Of a DNA stretch of 64,000 nt, positions 54,401-64,000 are shown one piece after another. The notes under the pieces were generated by a model. The model was given only the letters and a program-made list of their open reading frames with translations. It was not told the DNA's origin and did not search any database. The DNA lies in the NCBI GenBank assembly GCA_039621445.1, contig CP154954.1, forward strand, positions 25,742,954 to 25,806,953, in the 5' to 3' direction. The DNA is from Euglena gracilis. Taxonomy: Eukaryota. The position numbers and the translations under genes were made by a program. Each line of letters opens with the position of its first letter. Within the stretch, counting starts at the first letter, position 1.

Positions 54401-54974
54401 TTGGAAGTGAGCACCCCCCCTCCCCCCGGAGGATGCCATCGGCAGGAGGGGGATCGGGCATTTTCGAACCCTGGGGGTTTTTTGGGTTTTGTGATGGGTG
54501 GTGATAGCCCCCCCCCCCCCCCGGAGGCACCAAAGGCCTGAAAATGGCCATTTTTCCGGGAGAACCGGCTTGGCCGGCCGACCCCTGGTGCCAACAGCCT
54601 TCCCCCCCGGGGTGGGGCTGTACGGGAATCCCCGCAACCCTGTGGGTGGTGGGTGGGGGGGCTGGAAGGCCCCCACCCCCTCCTGGTGTTGGGGCGATCC
54701 GACCCCCCCAGGCCGTCCCACATCTCTAGGGACGGAGATTTTCCTTCGGCGCCAAAGGCGCCGAAGTATTTTTTTTCTTCTTCAGCGGGTGCTGTAGTGG
54801 GTGGGGTGGACCCCCCCCACCAGGCCTTCCCATACAGCCCTGCCCCCAGGGTTGGGCCGCTGTGGGCCCCCTTCCCCCCGGGTTGGTCCCGCACTCCTCC
54901 CTTCGCGCTGCCGCACAAACGGTGTCCCGCCCCTCCGCAGCGCGCCGCCCCTGCCTGCCGCCCACCACCGCCCC

Positions 54975-55802
54975 ATGCGGGGCCTCGCGGGGCTGCTGGC
55001 CGTGGCAGCCGGCGGCGTCCTCTGGTGGATCCTGGCCTCGGCTGCCGCGGCCGGCAGCTGGGCTGCCGCCGCGGCTGTCCCCTCCTCCTCGGCTGGATCC
55101 AGGTGCATGCGTTCGGACCTTGGGGGCGTGCGTGTGTCTGTGCTTACGCGCATATGTGGTGTGTGTGTGTGTGTGTGTGTGTGTGTGGTGGGTGTGTTGT
55201 TTGGTGGGTGGGGGTGTGTTTGTGCGCACATGTGGCTGATTCTCAAGTCTGGGAGGTCTGCGCGTTCGGGATTTTCCTTCTTTGCTGCTGCATTCCGTCC
55301 CTGGCATTGCTGGGCGAAAGTTCGTCAGGACGCTTGCTTTTTTTTTGGCGGAATCATTTGCGAAGGTCTTTCCCTCAGTGGACCGATGTCCGAGCGAAAA
55401 TGTTACCAGCCCCTTCACACGCTTTCCTCACAGTTTGGGGTTGACTTCCTTTCCCCTGTTGCCCGCCCAGCAGTGCTCCACTGGCCTGTCCAGGACCATA
55501 AGTTTCACTTAACACCGGTGGACCACAACTCCCCGAGGGGCGGGTTGGGTAGAGTGGGTGGCTTGGTTGGGGCTGCGTGGCCACCCCAACCCATGGGGCT
55601 GTCTGGTCCCCTCCCTCGTCACCGCCCCCCCCCCCCAGGACTGCCGCTGTCCGACGCCCTGTCCAACGCCTCTCTTCCCAGCCAACTCCCGTCTGGGGGT
55701 ACGGCCAGCGCCCCATGCCACGAGCTGTCGAATCGCCAGGAACAGTACGGCACCGCCTCACGCCTACAACGGTGTGCCAGAATCAGGAGTCCCTATGCTT
55801 GA

Positions 55803-55839
<37 letters not shown>

Positions 55840-55957
55840 TGTTGTGTTTCTGATGTGCCTGTTGTGGGTGCACGTGTTGTGTGTTGCGTGTTGTGTGTTG
55901 CGTCGGAATGTGTTTGTGCGATTATGTGTGTTGCGAGAGTGAGTGAGTGAGTGACTG

Positions 55958-56033
<76 letters not shown>

Positions 56034-57148
56034 AATGTGTGTTGTAAGTGTGTCTCTGTGTGTGTGTGTGTGTGTGTGTTGTGATTTGTGTAAGTGTGCA
56101 ATCATGCTCGTGGGGGGTGTGGCTGTGTTGTGTCTATCTTCCACTTCTTCCCAGAGCTCGTCGGTTTCCATTCAATCCATTTGTGCAACATCCAGAGTCC
56201 TCCCTGGGAACAATATCTCCATCCTCAAGAAAAAAAGCCACGGGTGGGACCACCCACGAAGGAAGGGGAGCCGGGTGACTGAAAACAGGGGCCGTTGCAA
56301 GCTGGGGCACAGACTTGATTTGGAGGGTGGGGCTGCACAGGAAGCACTTTGGTGATGACCAACAGGGCGGAAGTAGCAGAAACGCAGCTCCAAACCCCCA
56401 TGGAATGTGTTGTGAGGCCTGCTGCTTCGAGATTCTTGGTTGAAAAAAAGTTTCTGGAATCCTTGGGCAGATTGGCTCTCTCTGTGAGTACGAGCCTTGC
56501 CAAGGATGCAAGGGGAATCCCGGAAATCCATCGGGTGGGGGGTTCGACCGCCGCACACACATCATACATCACACACCACACACCACACATCCAGGGTTCG
56601 ATATAAGGAGGGCGTACATGGTTTAGGTGGGGGGGGGTGCCCCCCCCCCCCCCCCCCCCCCTCCTGGCCCGCAGGGGGGGGGTCCGGACCACCCCCCCCC
56701 CCCACCTGCAAGGGGGGTCCGGACCGACCCTCGGGGGCAAAAATTGACCCCCCCCAAAAAGGGTCAATTTTTTCCTCCGGCGCTTCGCGCCGAAAATTTT
56801 TTGCATTTTTGGCACATTTTTGCCCCAAAAGTGCCCAAAATGGCACTTTTGGTCGTTTTGGGGGGTCAAAAATTTTCGGCCCGGCGCTTTGCGCCGGGCC
56901 GAAAATTCGGCCACCCTGACCGCGCACCTGTTTAGGTGGGGGGGGGGGCGCCCCCCCCCCCCCCCCCCCCTCCTGGCCCGCAGGGGGGGGTCCGGACCAC
57001 CCCCCCCACCTGTCCTTATATCGAACCCTGCACACATCACACATCACACATCACACATCACACATCACACATCACACATCACACATCACACATCACACAT
57101 CACACATCACACATTGCACGCACACGCACGCACACACGCACGCACACA

Positions 57149-57224
<76 letters not shown>

Positions 57225-57790
57225 TGCACGCACACACACACACACATACACACACCACACGACCCACCCACCCACACACACCCAGGGGGTTACTATTTTT
57301 TAAGGTATATTTTTTCAAAAAAATCACGCTTTAAAGTTTTTAAACTTTTTTTAAAGGCATTTTCAAATTCTCATGTTATAGAATGTTCCAGCGATGCCAG
57401 AAATCATTCCCCCCCCTGGAATTGACTTGCTTTTGCCGAGATTTTGTGACTTCATTTTTTGCTCGAATTTCGAAAATCTTGCCAGAAGGATTTTTTTTTA
57501 AATCTTTTAAATTTTTTAGGTTTTTTTTTTAAACTCGCCTAAAATATACACCCTGGCACGCAATCACACACGCGCGCGTGTCGCCCCCTTCTCTCCCCCG
57601 CCACACAGCCCAGCCCGGCGCTCGTCGTGGCGTCAGCGGCTCTCCTCTCCGCCCTCCTCCCCCTCGTCCTCCGGCTGTCTCCCACGCGGCCCCGCCCCCC
57701 GCCCTCCCTCGCCATGGCCGCGCAGTTCCCGTGGGACGACCTGCCCTCCGGTGCGACCCCCACGCCAGGGGTTTTTTTAGTCGTGGACCC

Positions 57791-57823
<33 letters not shown>

Positions 57824-60800
57824 GGGGCCCGCCGGGGGGGGGGGGGGCGGGCCCCCCCGGAGGGGGGTGGGATATACTTTTCGGCGCTGCAGGCGCCGAA
57901 AAAATTCTATTTTTAGCACGTTTCGCTATTTTTCGGCCATTTTTTGTGGGTCCCCCGGGACCCCCCCCGGGCCCCCCCCCCAGGGGGTGGGTGGGTGGGG
58001 GGGACCCCCCCCAGTCTTAAAAAACCCCTGCCCCATGCCCCAGTGCTCGCTCGTCTGCTCCATCAGCCCCTGTCCACGGGGTCCTTTCGCAACCGTTTTG
58101 CTGCTCCGTTTCCACAACTCCCCGGGGAGCCCATGGCTGGGGCAAATGCAGTCGGCCGCGGCACACAAAGCCAACTCAGTTTTGCTTTTCTGTGACGGAG
58201 ACTCCCCGCCTGCGCCTCTTCACAGGGAGGCGGGCAGGTGGGCACAAGCCCCCTAAGGTGAAGAAGATGCCGAAGAAGCAGACCAGTCCTGGGGACGTCC
58301 ACTGTATGCCCCACCGCCTTGTTTGGCATCGTGCCTCACTCGGGCAAAGCCATTGCATCCAAGTAGGTTGGGAGGGTTACTGGCAGGGGTTTTCTGAAGG
58401 AGGGCTCCAGCCAGCCCAGCACCTTTGTCCCAGCCAGCAGCCCCCCCCGCCCCCGGGTCCAAAATGGCCAAAAATGGTTCTTTTGAAAAAACACCTTTGA
58501 ACATGGTTTTCTGGGTGTTCTTCTTTATTTTGGGTTTCAGTTGGGTCCAGTCGCCTGGACCCCCCATATGCACCCCACCCCTGGGGAGAGGGGTCTAACC
58601 AGCACCCTTTTTAGCCCTCTGGATGCACCCCCTCCTCCCCGGGTCCCGAAAAAAGCCCCGCTCACAAAGGATACCGCAGCAATGCTGCCCTCCCCAAGGG
58701 TCCCTGAGGTAGGTGCTGCCCCCCATACCCCGGAAAACAGAACAATAAACTGCCACCTCCACCCAGGGGTACCCAAACGTCCGGCAGCTTTGTGTGCCCC
58801 AAGCCCCCCCCCCCCCGAAACAAACCGTCTCATCCGGCTGCGTCATCCGGGGAGGGTCCTGATGAGGAGCGTGGCCGCCCTGACCCCCTCACGTTGGGCC
58901 CGCCTCAGTCATCTCGAAGCGGCTGTACTTGGAGGACAAGCGGGCCCGGACCGTGGTGCTGTACAACTGCCCGCCCTCCGCCACGCCCAGGCCGGTTGCC
59001 TCTTGTTACCTGCACTGTTGCGCAGCCCCCCCCCTCCCTGTTTCTGGCCAGTCTGCATCTGCACTTCCAGCCAGCTGCAAAAGCACCAGTCCCCGCCCCT
59101 TGCTTTGGGCTTGGGCTTGGGCTTGGCCTTCTGGGGCACCCAGCAGACCTTGGGGCTCCCAACAATCCCCAAGAAAGAAGGGAAACAAAGAAGGGTTCTT
59201 TTCTCTGCCCTCCTACCTTCAATTTGATCACGAACTCTGGGGTGAGTTGGTGGGTTGGGTGGGGTGGTTGGGGCTGGGACCCTTCTCTCAGCTTGGTTAG
59301 ACCGGGAGCATGTTTTGGGCCGAAAATGCCGAAGGGTTTTTGGTTTGGAGAGAAAGATTTTTCATCAGAAGGGGGGGATGCATTTCGCATTTTTTCTCTC
59401 GCATCTTTATCTTTTTCGATTTTTTTTTCAATCGCATTTTTTATTATTTTTGTGCATTTTCTTTTGTGATTTTACACAATTTCCTCCATTTTTTACCATT
59501 TTTGCTATTTTTTTATTTTTTTTGAAACTTGTGCTTGCCCAGATAAGGAAAAAAATGCGCAAAAATGCGAATATCCAAAAAAAATGCAAAATCGTATGCA
59601 AAGAAGTGCAAAATCTTAGAGAAAATCGCGAAAAAATCACAAACATGCAAAATCACCCAACACGTGCAAAATAAGGCACCAAAATTCGAAATAGTATATA
59701 GAATTATGAGGAAAATGTCAGCATTCCCCTCCTGGGGTCAGAGAACCTGTGTAACCCCCCTTTGATGAACCCTGCCAGTGAGGTGGTGTGCACCTGGGTT
59801 TAGTGTGGCCTTTGCATCGACAAGCAATCCTGCAGGTGAGGTTTGTGTGTCCATCCCCCCCGGTTTATAAACGTGTGGCTGAATGGGTTTTCGCCGCCCA
59901 AAATTGCACCCCCTCCCCCGGCTGACTTCCTGATTTTTTTTGCCTGTCGCAGACTGGCGATACAGGCTGTGGGAGTTCCGCCCTGTGGATATATATATAT
60001 ATATATATAAACATATACATATACATATACATATATATGTATATATATTCACATACATGCATATTTATATATTATATTTTTATTATATTTTTATTATATT
60101 GTCCTATTATATTCACAGCCCAAGTACTTTTCCTGGTTTTCTCACGAGTCGCAGACAGGGCATCTGAAACCCTCACACCCGTGGGGTAGGGCACAGTGAT
60201 ACCTGATTCGGGGACCGGGGGCTGGGGTGGGCCGAGGGCTGAGAAGGGAGGGGCGCAGGCGTGGCGTTGGGCATCGAGGTCCAGCGCTTCTACCCCCGCA
60301 TGCACATGCGGGTGCGGATCCACACCAACCCGGGGCCGGCGGACAACATCATGTTCGTGGCCAGGCCCGGATTGAAGCAGGGACCCGGGGGTTTCCCGCT
60401 TTGCTGTTTTGATTTTTTTTTGCCCAGTTTCTGTGTGACTTGCTTTAATTAATTTCTTCTTTTTTAGTTCCACTTTTTTTCAGCCATGTTCCATTGTTCC
60501 ACCTGTGTCCCCCAATGTCTTAATGTATCAAGCGCACAAGGAAATGGCCAAATGCCTTTTCTTTGGCCAGAGGCGATTCTTGACTTGCCGTGGTTGGGTA
60601 AGCATGTGCATCCCCTACCATACAATCGCTTAGTCACTGGCCAACCCCCCCCCCCCCCCCCCCCCCCCGGGTGGGTGCCTGGGGTTTTCAAAGTGACTGA
60701 CTGGTTTTTGGCCCGGACCCCCCCCCCGGCCCCCCCCCCCCCCCCCGGGAGGGTCGGCAAAAAAACCACTGAAGTGACCTGGCGCCAAAGGCGCCGGATT

Positions 60801-62304
60801 TTTTTTGGGCCTTTTTTCATGTTTTTGGTCATATTTCCTTTGGATTCCAGAGTGGCTGACCCCCCCCCCCCCGGGGGGCAGTGACTGACTGGTTTCCCGA
60901 AACAAAAAAAAGTGACTGACTGGTTTTCCGAACTGTGGAGTGACCAAAAATTGCATGTCCCCTATGGCATTTCCAAGACGAAAAGGTGCTGGATGGTCAC
61001 TGTCATTGTTTTCCGGTTTCTTCGCTGCTCACCTTTCCTCTCCAGGAGGGCGGAGCCTCTTGTGGGCCAAACAAAAGCCCGAGCAGTGTGATTCAAGAGC
61101 GATTCAGGAGGAGCGGCCATTATCTTTGTGTCCTCTGCTTCATGACCATCACCTGATTTTTGCACATATTTTTAAATATTTTAAATACTTTTTTGACAAA
61201 CTTTTTTAAGTTCACGAGACTCCACTGAATAGCCCCTCCCCATTTTACTTGCGACGCAGACCGGTTCCCCCCCACCTGCCAACACTGGCGGAGGACGGCT
61301 CCCCCCCCCACCTGGCCTGCGGGGGACGCTGCCCACCAAGAGGCACGCCCGGATCTTCCTGGAGGGGGTCGAGGGCCGGGAGCTGATGGGCCACCCCGTG
61401 CGGGCCCAGATGGCAGGTCCCCCCGCCCCGCCCCGCCCGGCGCAGTCTCCGGCCCGGCCCCGTGCTGTGGCGCCTCGTTTGGCCCCGGGGCCGTTCTCCC
61501 GCGCATACCTTCACTTAACACCCGTATGACCCCACCCACCCACCCCCTTGGGGGTGGGTGGATTTTCGAGAGTGGGTGGGCGAGTTGGGGCCAGGCCATA
61601 AGGGGGGGGGGGGGGGGGGGGGGGGGGTGCCTGCCTGGGCAGGCACTCCAAGGTTTCCCAAATCCGACCCCCCGGGGGGGGGGGGTAGGGCACACGGCCA
61701 AAAGTGCCCTAGCACAACCCCGGCGCCAAAGGCGCCGGGGAGCCAAAAATGGCCTATTTTCAAAGGAATGTGCCTGGGCACAGGCCGAAATCCGACCCCC
61801 CCCCGGGGGGGTAGTACCTGCCTGGGCAGGCACTCACAGGCACTCCGGACCCCCCCCCCCCGGGGTTGGTAAAAAAACAGCCTGGTTGGGGCCTCTGGAC
61901 CTCCCCCCCGGGGGGGGTGCGCCATGGGTCAGATTTTGGCCAAAGGCTGGGCTGGAATTTCAGCGGGTGTTTGCATCCTTCTTGTCAACTCCAGAAAATA
62001 TCGGAAAACTTCGCACATTTTTTTGGAAAAGAAATGTTCAATTTTTTTTTGGAAAAAGAAATGTTCAAGCCCCTGAACGTTGGGGTAAACCCCACATATA
62101 GACCACCACGGTATTATTTTCAGCAGTTTTTCAAAGAACCTCAGGGAGAGGGGGTTCCACATTTGGGGTGGGTTCAACATTAGACCATTAATTTCCCTTG
62201 CTTTCGACCGTATGTGTGTGACGTGGATGTTTTCATTTGATCCAATTTGGAACCAGTGTAAAATATGTCAGGAACACCTTCTTTCCGAATTGTGTCAAAG
62301 AAAC

Positions 62305-62339
<35 letters not shown>

Positions 62340-63906
62340 TAAATGGTCTCAACCTCAAAATCTGGTGCTGTTTTGGGTACCTTTCTGTAACTCCGATTTG
62401 GAAAAGGACAATCGTTTGCAACCAGCAAACGATGCAATGCAATTTGTCTGAGCTGGGGTGTTATTTTGCGACCAAATATAGGACCCCCTTTGCATCGCTG
62501 TCTCTGTTTCGGCTCCCGCCTCTGTTGGGATCCCTGTTGTTGGGGAGGAGTGCTTCATTAGGGGCTTGTGAAGGGAATGCAATGAAGGGAGCGTGCGAAT
62601 GCAATGCTGGAGAATTGCTGGCAGCTGGCTGGAATCCCCAACTAGGCCCCTGTAGGTCCCTTGTGGACTTAGGCAGTGCGGCCGGGTCGGACTTACCCCG
62701 GGTGCACCCAGCCCCGGGGGGCGGGGGATCCAGTGGGCCCAACCAATGGGGTTACCCAGGCGGTATTCACTCGGTGACCTCTGGGCCCCAACCCACCCCC
62801 CGCTTTTTTCCAAGACCCACCACCAACCCACCCCCCTCCCTCCAGGGTCATCCTCCCCCCCACCCACCTCCACTCGCCGCAGCCATCGACGACCAGGCCT
62901 ACTTCCAGAACCGCCGATCGCGGACGGTGTTGCTGACCCGCTGCCCGCAGAACACCACGCCCAGGCCCCCGCCCGGCTTTGGGGCACCGGATGTGACGGC
63001 AAGTTGTGTTGGCACCGGTGGCCGCCGGGCTGGCCCCGTTTCTCCGCGGCAGCCCATACCGCCCTCTCTGCCATATTTTCATGTCACTGCTTTTTGTTTA
63101 TCCCCCTGTTTGCTTTTTTTGGGTTTTTTTGCCAGATCCCTCCCTGGGGGACAAGGAGCCTGAGTGGGGTTTCCGGGGAAAGTAAGTTAATGAACGTGTT
63201 TTTTTTGTCCATTTGCCCCATGCCAACCTGGGGGGAACCCCCTGATCGGCCCTAAAAGGACGCCTGCATCAGAATCAGGTACAGGGAATTTATTAAAGCT
63301 GGACCCTGGGAGCGGGGGAGGGCGAGGGGACACCAGACCCCCCCCAGGTCATGCCGGGAGGGTACCCCCACCAAATGGGGTGGGACTTTTTCACTGCGAA
63401 ACGCCGAAAAAAAATGGAACCCCCAAAGTGGATCGCCAAAAGTGGGTCCCCTAAACCCCCCCAAAATAAGGCCCCGGTCCATTTCATGGGTCGGTTGCTG
63501 GAAAGCCCGGGGGGGGGGGTCTTATTCTTGGGAGGGGGGTCCATTTTATGGGTTTTCGCTCGGAACGTCCAGAGGGGGGGGGGAACATAATGGGGGAACC
63601 CCCAGTCGGTTTCCAGTTTGAGAGCCAAATGACCGTTTCTCATAGGACCAGGTGGCCACAACCAGGGGTACCCACATTTGGGGTCCCAGAGCACCCATCC
63701 AGATTCATTCAAATTTTGCGGGTTTTATTATATCCGCATGTTTTTCACAGCCGTAGACACTAATCCGGCCGGCACACTCGGTCTTATTTTGGGGGGCCCC
63801 ACCCCTCCCCCTCCCCCAGAATGCCCCTGCCCTTGTTTCCCCGGGGGGGGGGGGGTGGCGGCGCCTGCCGGCATGGGAGGCGCTGCGGGGGCACTTCCCG
63901 GACGCG
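54975..63906 (+). CDS. Plastid-targeted RNA-binding protein with at least two RRM domains (3' end beyond the window)
   Basis: In-phase exons 54975-55102, 55639-55744, 57609-57750, 58226-58303, 58909-58984, 60269-60358, 61325-61416, 62883-62958 and 63873-63906. They give a signal peptide, R/S/P-rich transit region, second hydrophobic segment + SLAMAA, then RTVVLYNCPPSATGIEVQRFYP...NIMFVTLPTKRHARIFLEGVEGRELMGHPVRAQMA and RTVLLTRCPQNTTWEALRGHFPDA. Confidence 0.8.
56592..57030. mobile_element. hAT-type MITE (same family as 14203-14625, opposite orientation)
   Basis: Perfect 18-bp TIR CAGGGTTCGATATAAGGA; 8-bp TSD CACACATC. Confidence 0.92.
57766..58030. mobile_element. hAT-type MITE in intron
   Basis: TIR CAGGGGTTTTTTAG / CTTAAAAAACCCCTG; TSD CCCCACGC / CCCCATGC (1 mismatch). 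Confidence 0.8.
58985..60268 (+). other. Nonconventional (non-GT-AG) euglenid intron
   Basis: AC|GCCCAGGCCGGTTGCCTCTT ... GAGGGGCGCAGGCGTGGCGTT|G; CAG at +4..+6, GTG variant at -8..-6, extended end pairing; removal gives gapless alignment of RRM1 with RRM2. Confidence 0.65.
60359..61324 (+). other. Nonconventional euglenid intron
   Basis: GT|GGCCAGGCCCGG ... CCTGGCCTGCGGGG|G; CAG at +4..+6 and CTG at -8..-6; restores MFVTLPT. Confidence 0.8.
60631..60925. mobile_element. MITE family with AGTGACTGACTGG repeats (relative at ~37826-38090)
   Basis: Shared GTGACCTGGCGCC(A/C)AAGGCGCCGGA, AGTGGC(C/T)GACCCCCC and GTGACTGACTGGTTTT blocks. Confidence 0.65.
62959..63872 (+). other. Nonconventional euglenid intron
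   Basis: AC|GCCCAGGCCCCCGCCC ... GGTGGCGGCGCCTGCCGGC|A; Y|R at both junctions, CAG at +4..+6, CTG at -8..-6; restores NTTWEALRGHF. Confidence 0.85.
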
Positions 63907-64000
63907 GTCCAGACCGTCCCATTGCTGCATGTGGCTGACTCGGTGGCTGACACCGAGTCAGCCACTGAGTCAGAGGTGGCTGACTCGGTGTCCGGGGCAG

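Noticed and set aside
59061-59979. Alternative RRM1 model with micro-exons at 59061-59068 and 59962-59979
   Set aside because: Stems can be drawn, but the single intron 58985-60268 gives gapless alignment with RRM2 and is simpler; not excluded without RNA data.

Overview
Eukaryotic nuclear DNA, almost certainly from a photosynthetic euglenid. Evidence: a class-I bipartite plastid-targeting presequence, non-GT-AG 'nonconventional' stem-loop introns, a euglenozoan-type Rab4 and TTAGGG-type repeats. The first ~29 kb is gene-free and made of nested transposons: hAT, PIF/Harbinger and possible MULE transposase relics, many MITEs with TA or 8-bp target duplications, minisatellites, and a ~2.2-kb degenerate (CCCTAA)n array inside a 4.5-kb TIR element. 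It also holds at least four divergent relics of an unusual TIR-bounded element encoding a Crypton-like tyrosine recombinase. The last ~35 kb holds three intron-rich + strand genes. The first encodes an unknown coiled-coil/Pro-rich protein. The second is a Rab4 GTPase whose switch-II/beta4/alpha3 exon I cannot find. The third encodes a plastid-targeted tandem-RRM protein with mixed conventional and nonconventional introns and runs off the window end. Most ORFs in the six-frame track are artefacts of repeats and microsatellites. All gene models and family assignments were made by eye without database searches.
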